A DNA stretch of 64,000 nucleotides from Candidatus Babelota bacterium (GCA_049325595.1 JBMOLF010000010.1:1-64000), one strand, 5' to 3'. Numbered from the stretch's first letter, positions 1 through 9,922 are shown. Numbers and translations are program-made. The notes: generated by a model from the letters alone, not told the origin.

Positions 1-386
1 AAGGGAATAGTTATTGATTGGAATAGAATCATTTTATCGATATTAATTGATTCTGCTAACAAACATGATTCAAAGTTGCTTATGCCACATATTGAACATA
101 TTAAAAAATTTCTAGATAAACCAAAAGGCTACTGATTCTGCTTGGGATGCTAAACAATTATATAAAAATTTAGCATTACACGCTTCTACAAATGTTCGGC
201 GTGATAAAACAAAAAGAAAAATAAAACCGGGTGGCCGCTGGAGAATTGAACAAATTTTTGGCATTCAACAATGGAATCATGGCCTCAAATTTTGTTGGAC
301 AAAAACAAAAAGTTCTTTTCTAGCCCTGTGTCAATTAGCCTCTGCTATTCACAATTTTAGGCTCGTGGGAATTTTCGGATAAGCTC
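1..386 (+). mobile_element. IS5-family (IS1031/IS427-like) insertion sequence, right part; frameshifted DDE transposase
   Basis: Frame 1 (1-135) reads KGIVIDWNRIILSILIDSANKHD...; frame 2 (128-382) reads ATDSAWD...RWRIEQIFG...LASAIHNFRLVGIFG*. These are typical IS5 DDE motifs. Putative right IR ttttcggataagctc ends at 386, followed by TTA (TWA target typical of the IS1031 group). Left end lies outside the window. Confidence 0.8.
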
Positions 387-388
387 TT

Positions 389-528
389 AATCCTAAAAGC
401 GGCGCAAAAATGTATGTGTATTCGCCAGGCGATCAAGCAAAATAGCTGCGTATGAAGCAAAAAGAAAAGATTTATTTGAGCGCATTGCCCAAGATATTAA
501 GCAAATACAGAGATCTAAAAATAATTAA
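389..528 (+). pseudogene. 3' remnant of a gene interrupted by the IS (NPKSGAKMYVYSPGDQ/IAAYEAKRKDLFERIAQDIKQIQRSKNN*)
   Basis: Coding-like reading starts directly at the IS end and has one frameshift. A second degenerate copy lies at 2983-3088. Confidence 0.5.
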
Positions 529-598
529 AGAGAAGATTACAAACTTTAATGAAAGTTGTTTTGTATCCCAAAAAAGCCATTTTTTGTTTTAGATTATT

Positions 599-1765
599 TC
601 ATTTGATTGAACATTTATAAAGATCATATAAATGTATTAACTTTTTTGTTAATTCAAGGCATTTCTCATATTCTTTTGTATTAGGTTTAAAATTGTCAGG
701 GTGTATCTCTTTAATTTTTTTTAAAAAAGCTATACGAACTTCTTTGGGTGAAGATTCTAATGGTATAGCTAGTATTGAAGTAAACTCTTTAACATGAATA
801 TTGTGATTTGATTCAGAAAAAGAATAATTATCATTATGTTGGGTGTGTTGATTAACAAAATCGTCAAACCATTCAGGTTTATGATCACTTTCATTTGATT
901 CGCGTGCACCAGCTTTGAGTAACATTTGTTCAATCTGATTAATTATTAGTAAATCAGATTGATTATTCTCTTGAATACACTCAGTTTTGATTTGATGAAT
1001 TTTGTGTAATAAATAGTTATCATATGAATAACTATAATCTCCGCAATATTTACGCACTTGCTCAATGCTATCATTGATCAAAACATCATTTTCAATGAGA
1101 GTTTTAATAGCTCCTATATTTAAACTATCTATAGCATCATGTAATGGAAAGCTTAATAATGGTTTTACTCGATGAATACCGAAATGATTATAATTATGTT
1201 CAACAGCTTTGCCCAAATATTCTTTTTTATTAATATCAGCCCCGGCATTAATGAGTGATTTAACGATATTTGATTGTATTTCTGTTATTTCTGCCGTACT
1301 TTTATTTTGAAAGATTTCTTTTATGGGTTGATCGATATCATTATCAAACCATAAAGTGTTAGTATTTTTTGAACCAAATTTTTTGATTGAAAAAGTTAAA
1401 GGGGTCAATGGTGTATATTCCCAACCTTCTTCAAATTTCTTTGGTAGGCAATCATTAATAAATTCCTGAGAATATTTGAATATGCCTTTATTTTTAATTG
1501 TATCCTTAATAAATTCTTTATTTCCTAATGTTTTAATAAAAACATCATGAATCTTTTTTTCACGTGAATGATCGAAAAAATCTTCTATTTTTTCAAAGAT
1601 TGATTTCTTTTGAGTATATAATCGTTTTTGATTCTTTAAATGAGAAACTATAGTTTCAAATTTTGAGAAGAGATGCTTTTTAGACCACATTGGGTACAAA
1701 TCTATAGTAATTAAAGTTGCACAAATAAGAACAGGTAAAAATAATTTATATTTAGTAGATAGCAT
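599..1765 (-). CDS. Putative secreted protein with ankyrin-like segments and C-terminal J-domain
   Basis: Hydrophobic N-terminus; ankyrin-like LINAGADIN, PLHDAI and LLKAGA; C-terminal ILAIP..SPKEVRIAFLKKIKEIHPD (HPD motif of DnaJ domains). Confidence 0.7.
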   Translation of the reverse strand: MLSTKYKLFLPVLICATLITIDLYPMWSKKHLFSKFETIVSHLKNQKRLYTQKKSIFEKIEDFFDHSREKKIHDVFIKTLGNKEFIKDTIKNKGIFKYSQEFINDCLPKKFEEGWEYTPLTPLTFSIKKFGSKNTNTLWFDNDIDQPIKEIFQNKSTAEITEIQSNIVKSLINAGADINKKEYLGKAVEHNYNHFGIHRVKPLLSFPLHDAIDSLNIGAIKTLIENDVLINDSIEQVRKYCGDYSYSYDNYLLHKIHQIKTECIQENNQSDLLIINQIEQMLLKAGARESNESDHKPEWFDDFVNQHTQHNDNYSFSESNHNIHVKEFTSILAIPLESSPKEVRIAFLKKIKEIHPDNFKPNTKEYEKCLELTKKLIHLYDLYKCSIK

Positions 1766-1766
1766 G

Positions 1767-2825
1767 TTATTTGTTTTCGATAAAGTCTAAAATTTGACCT
1801 GCGAATGTTGTTTCAAATTTTGTTGGCCAGGTAATGTTAGTTAAACTTTGAGCATTAAGACCATTTTTTACTTGATGCTTCATTTGATATTTATTATGTA
1901 ATAAAAATTTTTCCACCTGATGTGTGTGGTATGCACCAGCATGAATGAGTGCCGTTTCTTCTGATTCGGTATTAAGTGAATGAGCTAATGATAAATCAGT
2001 TTCTATTGATTGGATTTGCAATAAGGAAAGAAATAATTTATTTTTTTGAGCTGGTTCTAATGAAATTTTTTTAAAAAGGTCAAAAAAATGATTATCCAAA
2101 GAAATTTGATAACGATCAGCTAATATTGCAATATAGAATTGCATTTGTGTAATATAGTCAATTTTATATGTATTTTTAGATGCTATTATAGCTGGCAATA
2201 AAGCAATAAGTCTTTGAGATGCCCTTTTCTTTTTCTCTAAATCATACAAATAATTTTTAATTGAAACATCATAAAATTCTTTAGGAATTGCAGTTTTAGC
2301 TTTTAGTGCGCTATCAAGCTCATTGGAATTAATAAACATTTCTCGCAACCAGAAATCATTTTCGGTCCGACGGTCAAATGGCTTATATACAATAGAACCG
2401 CTAAAAAAATTATTTTTTAAGGCATCCTTAATAGGTATATGAATACCACTTCTTTCTTGTATGATTTGGAAATTTTTCGTTTGTGTAGGGAATTCAATGT
2501 AAAAAGAGCATTTTGATTTTCGTTCTCGTAGTCGGGTAATGAGTTTTGTTATCTCTTGTTGATGAATTTGTGAGATAACATCAATATGTTCTGGATGATC
2601 ATGTTGATCATGCAATAAGACTACTTTTTTATTATTTTCTTTTAAAAAGCTTATACCAGCAATTGGTTGTTTAAGTTGAGTAGATGAACCAAATTTGCGA
2701 ACAAAAATTTTTGGCAAAAAATTGTTATAACATAGCCGAATTTTATTGATAGTTTCTATACCAAACATATCAGAATAATTGAATATTATACTGAAGTATA
2801 AAAAATAACTGTAATTGAAACTCAT
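1767..2825 (-). CDS. Putative secreted protein, paralog A (TIKI/TraB/EreA-ChaN-like motifs)
   Basis: Signal peptide-like N-terminus; motifs LLHDQHD, FYIEF and HAGAYHT; collinear and the same length (352 aa) as 3099-4157. Confidence 0.6.
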   Translation of the reverse strand: MSFNYSYFLYFSIIFNYSDMFGIETINKIRLCYNNFLPKIFVRKFGSSTQLKQPIAGISFLKENNKKVVLLHDQHDHPEHIDVISQIHQQEITKLITRLRERKSKCSFYIEFPTQTKNFQIIQERSGIHIPIKDALKNNFFSGSIVYKPFDRRTENDFWLREMFINSNELDSALKAKTAIPKEFYDVSIKNYLYDLEKKKRASQRLIALLPAIIASKNTYKIDYITQMQFYIAILADRYQISLDNHFFDLFKKISLEPAQKNKLFLSLLQIQSIETDLSLAHSLNTESEETALIHAGAYHTHQVEKFLLHNKYQMKHQVKNGLNAQSLTNITWPTKFETTFAGQILDFIENK

Positions 2826-2982
2826 GTTATCTTGTCCTCCGCGAAATGGTATTATGCTAGTATAGCATTTGCAGTCTTTTTTTCAATAAAAATTTCAAAT
2901 TGAATCTTTCTTGGTTGCAAAAAAGCGATTTTTGGAAGATAAATAAGAGCTTCTTTTCTTTAGAAGAAAAATCTAAAATAAC

Positions 2983-3088
2983 TCACCTGGAGATCAAATA
3001 AAAAAAGCGGCGTATGAAGCAGTGCAAAGCTTTATTTGAGCTCATTACACAAGATATTATGCAAATACAGGGGTCTAAAAATTCATGA
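2983..3088 (+). repeat. Degenerate copy of the gene remnant at 422-528
   Basis: Shared blocks: tcNccNggNgatcaa, gcgtatgaagca, tttatttgagc, caagatatta, gcaaatacag, tctaaaaat. Confidence 0.75.
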
Positions 3089-3098
3089 TTGATTAATC

Positions 3099-4157
3099 TT
3101 ATTTATCATCAATAAAGTCTAAAATTTGATCTGCGAATGTTGTTTCAAATTTTGTTGGCCAGGTCAATGTAGCTAAATTTTGCGCATTCAGTCCATTTTT
3201 TATTTCATGTACCATTTGATATTTACAGCTTAGTAAAGAATTTTCCACCTGTTGTGTATGGTATGCTCCTGCATGTACTATTGCAGTTTTTTCTGAGTCT
3301 TGAATAAGAGAATGGGCTAATGATAAATCAGTTTCTATGCTTTGAATTTGTAACAAGGTTATGAATAATTTATTTTCTTGATCTGGCGCTAATGAAATTT
3401 TTTTAACCAGCTCAAAAAAATGATTATCCAATGGAATTTGATGATAATTAGCTAAATTTACGATATAAAATTGCAGCTGGGCTATACGAGTAACCTTATC
3501 CGATACTTGAGATGCTATTTCGGTTGGCAATAAAGTGATCAGTGATTGTACTTCTTGTTTCTTTTTCTCTAAATCCTGGTAATAATTTTTTATCGATACA
3601 TCATAAAATTCTTTGGGAATGGTAACTTTATTTTTTAAAGCTAAGTCAACAGCTTTACAATTTACGAACATTTGTAGTAGCCAAAAATCAGCTTCGGTGC
3701 GATGATTAAATGGTTTATACAAAATAGATCCATGTGAGAAATTATGTTTTAAAGCGTCTTGAATGGGTATATTAATGCCTTTTTGTGCTTGAGTAAATTG
3801 GAAGTTTTTAGTGCGCGTAGAAAATTCAATATAAAAAGAACTTTTTGATGTGCGCTCTTTGAGCCGAGTAATCAGTTTTGTTATTTCTTGTTGATGAATC
3901 TGAGAGATATTATCCAAAGATGCTGGCTGATCGTGTTTATCATGCAGCAACACTATTTTTTTATTCTTTTCTTTTAAAAAGCTTATGCCTGCGATTGGTT
4001 TTTTAACGTGGGTCGATGAGCTAAATTTACGAAAAAAAGTTTTGGATAATGGGCTATTAGATAATGCAGGAAGTTTGGTAATCGCTTCTAAACTATATAT
4101 ATGAGAATAATGAAATAGAGTGATGAAAAATAAAAAAAACCTACAAGTTATACTCAT
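3099..4157 (-). CDS. Putative secreted protein, paralog B (TIKI/TraB/EreA-ChaN-like motifs)
   Basis: Motifs LLHDKHD, FYIEF and HAGAYHT; long identical stretches with 1767-2825 (e.g. LLQIQSIETDLSLAHSL, WPTKFETTFA). Confidence 0.6.
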   Translation of the reverse strand: MSITCRFFLFFITLFHYSHIYSLEAITKLPALSNSPLSKTFFRKFSSSTHVKKPIAGISFLKEKNKKIVLLHDKHDQPASLDNISQIHQQEITKLITRLKERTSKSSFYIEFSTRTKNFQFTQAQKGINIPIQDALKHNFSHGSILYKPFNHRTEADFWLLQMFVNCKAVDLALKNKVTIPKEFYDVSIKNYYQDLEKKKQEVQSLITLLPTEIASQVSDKVTRIAQLQFYIVNLANYHQIPLDNHFFELVKKISLAPDQENKLFITLLQIQSIETDLSLAHSLIQDSEKTAIVHAGAYHTQQVENSLLSCKYQMVHEIKNGLNAQNLATLTWPTKFETTFADQILDFIDDK

Positions 4158-4215
4158 GTTAATTATGTTCCTTTAAAAATGTGCGTATTTATAGCTTGTT
4201 GAGCTCATTTAATTT

Positions 4216-5160
4216 TTATAATGCAAACCCATGTTCGCGAGCTTGTGAGCGTGCTTCACCCATTAGGGTAGCGCGCAATAAGCGCTGTGCTTTGGTTTCT
4301 AAACTTTTTTCTTGTTCTGCTACGGCAAACATGCTGAGTGTTTCGGTGGTGATATCGTTTTTCACCATGCGATAAAAATCACCGTTCAAATAAGGGTTTG
4401 CAATATCTAAAAATACACAGTAACGTTCAATCAAGGTTATGTATAAGCTATTTAAATCTTCAACATCAGTAATCAGCTGGTGTTCATACAAATCGGTTAA
4501 ATGATCAGAAATCGTTTTGATTGACTTCCAGCTCTCATTATGCTCTTGCGGGCTCCACACTAATTTAGACAATGCCGTTTCTAAAAATAATACTAATACT
4601 TTTCTTAGTTCTACAGCCTCTTCAATTTTTGCTGATAATTCAGTTAAAAATGCGCTTGGCGCAGCCTTGAATTGATTAAATTGGGTAGAAAGTGAGGAAT
4701 ACATAAGTTCATGTATAATTTCTTTTGTTGACTCAAATTGTCGCGCTTGATCGATGACAAAATATTTTTTAAGTAACGTTGGTAACTGGGCAATAAGATC
4801 GTCAGCGGCATAGGCATTAACATAGCCACTTGCTTTAAGCTTATTAGTAAAAAGACGAAGCACTGATTTGATATAGTCCCCATTTTTATTTTTCTTTTGA
4901 AGAAGTTCTAATAAATGAGCAAAATTATTGGGCAAAAATTCTTCTGCATACAATGGTTCATTAAAAATTTCTTTTAAGTAACGATTTACGCCAATAGAAC
5001 CTATAGGCGTGCAAAAATTTATTGTATCGTGGCTTCGGTTGGATTTTTTTCCCCCTACCGTAGCAACTTGTTGATTAACCGCATTATTTGGGTTAGAACT
5101 ACTAAAGTGATTAGTGAGTAATGTAAAAAGTAGTATACTTAAAAGGAATCTGTGGTTCAT
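4216..5160 (-). CDS. Hypothetical helical protein with signal peptide, divergent from gspF
   Basis: 314-aa ORF with AAGGAG SD and hydrophobic N-terminus. Confidence 0.75.
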   Translation of the reverse strand: MNHRFLLSILLFTLLTNHFSSSNPNNAVNQQVATVGGKKSNRSHDTINFCTPIGSIGVNRYLKEIFNEPLYAEEFLPNNFAHLLELLQKKNKNGDYIKSVLRLFTNKLKASGYVNAYAADDLIAQLPTLLKKYFVIDQARQFESTKEIIHELMYSSLSTQFNQFKAAPSAFLTELSAKIEEAVELRKVLVLFLETALSKLVWSPQEHNESWKSIKTISDHLTDLYEHQLITDVEDLNSLYITLIERYCVFLDIANPYLNGDFYRMVKNDITTETLSMFAVAEQEKSLETKAQRLLRATLMGEARSQAREHGFAL

Positions 5161-5274
5161 AGATACTCCTTATGGTGTGTGCCCAATGAGCTACATAAAA
5201 GGATCTCAATTACATTGTTATAATATGATAAGAAATAATACGAGTAAAATGGCACTGAGATCAAGGATGGTTGC

Positions 5275-6492
5275 ATGGCGCTATATTTTTATCAAGCCTA
5301 TTCTAAAGAAGGAAAAAAAGTAACAGGATATATTGATGCGCCAACATTGCCCGGAGCAAAAGAGCTTTTGAGCAAGCAAGGCGTGTATCCTATTTCTATT
5401 GTACCAGCAACTCAAGAAAGTGCACTACCATGGTGGAAAAGATTATTTACCCGCAAGGTAAAAACAAAAGATAAAATTCTTTTTACCAAGCAGTTATCGG
5501 TATTGCTCAAATCGGGCGTGCCCTTACTGCAATCACTTGAATTACTCACCGAGCAATTTGAGGGAGGTTTAAAAACACTTCTTGTTGCGATTAAAGATGA
5601 TATTAAAGAAGGTACATCACTTGCTGATGCACTCAAAAAATATCCCAAAGTATTTGAAAATATTTATGTACAGCTTGTGCGTGCCGGTGAAGCGAGTGGT
5701 AAGCTTGAGGTAATTTTAGATCGTTTGACTGATTATCTTGAGCGCCGCGATGAGCTTGCAAAGCGGGTGCGCTCTGCATTGTCTTACCCAATAATGCAAT
5801 TGGTTTTTGCTGTGCTTGTGGTGGTTTTTTTGCTCACTAGCGTCGTGCCAACGCTTGTTAATAATTTGCAATCGATGGGTAAGCAGCTTCCTGGTACTAC
5901 TGCTTTTATCATGGGCATATCAAATTTTATTACCGGCCATTATTTATTTTTAATTATGCTAGTTGCTGCATTGATAGCTGGTTTTTCTTATGTGCGTTCA
6001 ACTGAATGGGGGCGTCGGCTACTTGATCGCATTAAATTAAAAACACCTATTGTTGGTTATTTTGCAAAGACCAATGCTATTGTGCAATTTAGTTATACCT
6101 TGGGTATGCTTACCGAGGCCGGCGTCAACTTAGCTGAGTCGCTTGATATTGTCGTAAATATTATTGATAACCAAATTTTAAAAGATGCGTTACAAGAAGC
6201 GCGCGATAAAATTATAAAACAAGGTAAAATTGCTCAATACTTAAAACAAACGAACTTATTTCCTCCTATGGCAACGTATCTTATTAACACGGGTGAGCAA
6301 ACTGGTAAATTGGATCAGATGTTGTTAACGGTAGGGCGTAATTATGAGGAGGAATTGGGTGAAGTAGCAGATAGTTTATCTTCAAAATTAGAGCCAATTT
6401 TATTGGTGGTAATGGCGGTTATTGTAGGATTAATTGTAATGGCCGTTATACAACCAATTATGGAATCGGCTGATATTGGATCATTTGGTTGA
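5275..6492 (+). CDS. gspF: Type II secretion system platform protein F (GspF/PilC)
   Basis: FTKQLSVLLKSGVPL, AGEASGKL, ALSYP, GEQTGKLD and LEPIL motifs; three TM segments. Confidence 0.93.
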   Translation: MALYFYQAYSKEGKKVTGYIDAPTLPGAKELLSKQGVYPISIVPATQESALPWWKRLFTRKVKTKDKILFTKQLSVLLKSGVPLLQSLELLTEQFEGGLKTLLVAIKDDIKEGTSLADALKKYPKVFENIYVQLVRAGEASGKLEVILDRLTDYLERRDELAKRVRSALSYPIMQLVFAVLVVVFLLTSVVPTLVNNLQSMGKQLPGTTAFIMGISNFITGHYLFLIMLVAALIAGFSYVRSTEWGRRLLDRIKLKTPIVGYFAKTNAIVQFSYTLGMLTEAGVNLAESLDIVVNIIDNQILKDALQEARDKIIKQGKIAQYLKQTNLFPPMATYLINTGEQTGKLDQMLLTVGRNYEEELGEVADSLSSKLEPILLVVMAVIVGLIVMAVIQPIMESADIGSFG

Positions 6493-6514
6493 TGTAAATA
6501 CGTAAAGGTGATGT

Positions 6515-6931
6515 ATGCAAGAACAAAAATATGTAAAAGGTGGATTTAGTTTAATCGAAATCCTTATTGTACTTGGTATTATTGGTTTGATCATGGCAGG
6601 GATTGTGCCTTATGTTACCAGCAAAATGAAACAAGCTAAGGTGGAACAAGCACGCACCGAGGTAAAAAAACTAGCAAGCGAAATAGAACTATATCGTTTG
6701 CATGTGGGTGAATATCCAACTCGCTTGATTGATTTAGTAAAACAGCCGCAAGGCACTGAAGGTAAATGGAATGGCCCATACGTGCCAGGTAATAAAGAAC
6801 CTATGGATCCATGGGGACAAAAGTATATCTATCGCGTAACACCGGGCGGTGAACGTGAGTATGAATTATCATCATACGGTCCAAAAGGTAAAGGCGCGCC
6901 TAAATCTGAGTGGATTGTATATCGTGACTAG
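6515..6931 (+). CDS. gspG: T2SS major pseudopilin G
   Basis: Class III signal G|FSLIE; LELY-like IELYRL..G.YP, WNGPY, DPWG and SYGP.G motifs. Confidence 0.92.
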   Translation: MQEQKYVKGGFSLIEILIVLGIIGLIMAGIVPYVTSKMKQAKVEQARTEVKKLASEIELYRLHVGEYPTRLIDLVKQPQGTEGKWNGPYVPGNKEPMDPWGQKYIYRVTPGGEREYELSSYGPKGKGAPKSEWIVYRD

Positions 6932-6942
6932 AAAGTAGTAGT

Positions 6943-7500
6943 ATGAAAAGCGCCCAGAATGGTTTTACATTAATTGAGATTTTGGTAGTACTCGGGCTTA
7001 TTGCTCTTGCAAGTACGCTGTTTGTAACCAATATTGGGCGCTTTTCATCATCTTATGCGCGCAAAACGTTTATTAGTCAATTGCAGGCACTTTCAACCTA
7101 TGCATGGCAACAGGCTATGATTACGCGACAGTTGCACAAAATTGAGTTTGATTTTACCAAAAAGAAAGTAACACTTACTAAAATGGCTGCATCAAGCACT
7201 AAAGAACAACCGCGATTTGAAAAAATAAAAAATTCTTATGTGCGATCAACTATTTCAATACCATCCAATATTGTTATTAAAAATTTTTTGATTGATGGAT
7301 TTGATCAAATGGGAGCGTTTGTTGGCCGCAAAACAGAAGCGGTTCATTTTTTTATTGTTCCTGGTGGACTTACTCAAGAAGTGATTATTAATTTTATTGA
7401 TACTAAAGATATACTTCCTAGTAAAAAAGCTCGCACTGTTTCATTAGTGCTCAACCCTTTCAATGCCCAGTTTGCAGAGTATGATACATTTCAAAAGTAA
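6943..7500 (+). CDS. gspH: T2SS minor pseudopilin H-like
   Basis: G|FTLIE prepilin motif; position after gspG. Confidence 0.7.
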   Translation: MKSAQNGFTLIEILVVLGLIALASTLFVTNIGRFSSSYARKTFISQLQALSTYAWQQAMITRQLHKIEFDFTKKKVTLTKMAASSTKEQPRFEKIKNSYVRSTISIPSNIVIKNFLIDGFDQMGAFVGRKTEAVHFFIVPGGLTQEVIINFIDTKDILPSKKARTVSLVLNPFNAQFAEYDTFQK

Positions 7501-7888
7501 ACATGGTTTTACCTTATTAGAAGTGCTTGTATCGGTTATGATTGTTGCCATGATAATGGGACCAGTTTTTTTATGGCAGACAGGAGTTTTTTCACGTACT
7601 TATCAAGCATCAGGCGAACTTAATCGACTTTTTATTGCACGTAATTTTTTTATAAATTCCCACCTTCAATTCCTAGATCAGCAAGCAGCCCAAAAAGAAG
7701 AAGCCTCCAAAAATCCTGCGATGATGATGAAGTATGAATTAAAAAAAGTTCCCGCAAATTCGGCAGTAGCAAAATTTAAAGATATTGCTTTGGAGACCAT
7801 TAACATTTCATGGAAAGAAGGTAAAAACAAGTATACACGCCGTCTTGTTTCATTTGAACATCGCATTGCTGAAAGTAAACAGTCATGA
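7481..7888 (+). CDS. gspI: T2SS minor pseudopilin I-like (start probably ATG 7481)
   Basis: G|FTLLE motif; gene order G-H-I-J-K. Confidence 0.7.
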   Translation: MIHFKSKHGFTLLEVLVSVMIVAMIMGPVFLWQTGVFSRTYQASGELNRLFIARNFFINSHLQFLDQQAAQKEEASKNPAMMMKYELKKVPANSAVAKFKDIALETINISWKEGKNKYTRRLVSFEHRIAESKQS

Positions 7889-8799
7889 AGCCGGGTTTTA
7901 CCTTATTAGAATTTTTACTAGCAACTGCTCTTGCAGGATTATTATCTGTTTTTTTACTCACTTCGTTGTGGTCTATAAATCGGTATGTTTATTTAATAGA
8001 TGAAACGACTCAAATGGATGAAAAAGCTGCTCTTATTAATAGCCAGATAGAGCGAAGTATAAGTGGCGCATTTATTCCCGTACAAGCGGTAGAAGAAAAA
8101 AAAGAACCTGAGCAGCAAAAGCCAGTTTCAGCAGAACAAGCGCAAGCAGCCGCGTCAGTAGAAAAAAAAGAAGAGACAAAACGACCAACACTAAAAAAAA
8201 TTTTTTTTAGCGAGAATAAAGAAAAAAATCTTTCAGTACTTACCTGCATTACCAATAATCCCTTAGTTGTATACTGGGGTGAGCAATGGGGTAAGGCTGT
8301 GCCGCGTATTGCACGAGTTGTATATCATTTAAAGTCAGAAAAGGTACATGATAAACGCACTATAAATTCATTTACACTTACAAGACAAGAATCGGAAGAG
8401 CTTGATTTTGCTGCTTTTGATAAAAGTGCGGCGATAAAATCGTATGATCTTGCACGAGGAATTAAATCGTTTACGGTTGAATTTGGCTTGGTTGAATCTG
8501 AAAAAGAAAAACAAGAAACCAAAAAGTTTGATCAATGGAACTCCGATGCGACTTCATCAGAAAAAGAAGAGGAAAAAAAATCTCCTTTGCCAACGTTTTT
8601 GAAAATTACCTATGAGTTATGGGATAATCAATACAAGCGCTCTCAATCATATACCTATCTTATTTATATTGTGGGTGGACAACCTGCGCCAGCACCAAGC
8701 AAATCACCAGAAAAAAAGACTGAAGAGAAAAAAAGTAACTTGATTGAAATGATGCATAAACAGGTTTTCCCTCAGCAAGCACCACCGCAAAAAAATTAG
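7885..8799 (+). CDS. gspJ: T2SS minor pseudopilin J-like
   Basis: G|FTLLE motif; ATGA overlap with the previous gene. Confidence 0.7.
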   Translation: MKPGFTLLEFLLATALAGLLSVFLLTSLWSINRYVYLIDETTQMDEKAALINSQIERSISGAFIPVQAVEEKKEPEQQKPVSAEQAQAAASVEKKEETKRPTLKKIFFSENKEKNLSVLTCITNNPLVVYWGEQWGKAVPRIARVVYHLKSEKVHDKRTINSFTLTRQESEELDFAAFDKSAAIKSYDLARGIKSFTVEFGLVESEKEKQETKKFDQWNSDATSSEKEEEKKSPLPTFLKITYELWDNQYKRSQSYTYLIYIVGGQPAPAPSKSPEKKTEEKKSNLIEMMHKQVFPQQAPPQKN

Positions 8800-8808
8800 G
8801 TTAAAAAA

Positions 8809-9912
8809 ATGAATAAGCATGCGCATTCTGGTTTTATTCTCGTTTTCTCGTTGATATTAACTTCGTTGGCTGTTTTTTTAATAACTTATATTGCAAGCCG
8901 CAGCATGCTTTTTTTGCCATATGCACAATTTATGATTCAGCAGCAGAAAGCTACAGTACTTGCCTATGGAGGTATTCAACTAGGAATAAGCCAACTTGCG
9001 CATGTGCAAAAAGAAGAAAAGCAAGCTTCTGCTTCACAAGCAAATCAGCAAGCAGGTGAAAAACAAAAACAAACTGAATCTGCTGATCAAAAAGAATTTT
9101 TACCGGCGCTATTGCCAGTATTGAATCGATGGCAAAAGTTTAAGCTCACCGAAAAAGTTGAAGGGATTGATGCAGAGATTAAACTGTGTATCACCAGTGA
9201 AGATGGTAAGTTCAATATTAATGAGTTGTACGATTTTACTAAGCATGAGTTTATTACCACTGCAAATCCTGCTATAGATGGAAAAAAAATTATGCAAGAA
9301 TTATGTACTCGTATTGAACAAAAAATGGGCGGGAAAAATCTATTTGCAGGATTTGAAAAATTCTTAAAAGAGCGGCAGTATAGGGTAAATGATGTTACTG
9401 AGTTATTAACCATAAAAGAATTTGAACTTTTCAAGAATGCGGTGTTTGAAGAGCCATCGCACGAAGAGGTGAAAGATAAAAAAAAGAGCCCGCAATTGGT
9501 CTTGACCGATTTGTTTACCGTGTGGTCAACCAAAAAAACTATTGATCCATGGTTATTTACTAACTCGATCAGCAGGATATTTTCCTTGCGTGCAACTGAC
9601 CAAATAGATGAGCAGATGCATAAGCGTACGGTTCAAGAGGTAGTAAAAAATGCAAAAAACCAATATAATTGGGCAATTGACTGGGCTCAGTTCATGCGAC
9701 CATTCTATGAAAAAGAATTTAGCGCATTACCTGCGCACATAGGAGCTATGTTAAGCACGAGCGTTAAGCCATTAAGTTTTTCAATTGCAGCTCACGCAAC
9801 AGTTGGCCAACATACGGTAAGATTAGTGGCAATTGTTGATCGCGTCGCGACAACTGAGCAAGGTGCTCAGCCGCGCCATGAGGTGACAATCAAAAAAATA
9901 TACACGCTTTGA
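8809..9912 (+). CDS. gspK: T2SS minor pseudopilin K-like
   Basis: G|FILVF lacking Glu5 (typical of GspK); EDGKFNIN motif. Confidence 0.78.
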   Translation: MNKHAHSGFILVFSLILTSLAVFLITYIASRSMLFLPYAQFMIQQQKATVLAYGGIQLGISQLAHVQKEEKQASASQANQQAGEKQKQTESADQKEFLPALLPVLNRWQKFKLTEKVEGIDAEIKLCITSEDGKFNINELYDFTKHEFITTANPAIDGKKIMQELCTRIEQKMGGKNLFAGFEKFLKERQYRVNDVTELLTIKEFELFKNAVFEEPSHEEVKDKKKSPQLVLTDLFTVWSTKKTIDPWLFTNSISRIFSLRATDQIDEQMHKRTVQEVVKNAKNQYNWAIDWAQFMRPFYEKEFSALPAHIGAMLSTSVKPLSFSIAAHATVGQHTVRLVAIVDRVATTEQGAQPRHEVTIKKIYTL

Positions 9913-9922
9913 AGAGGATACG

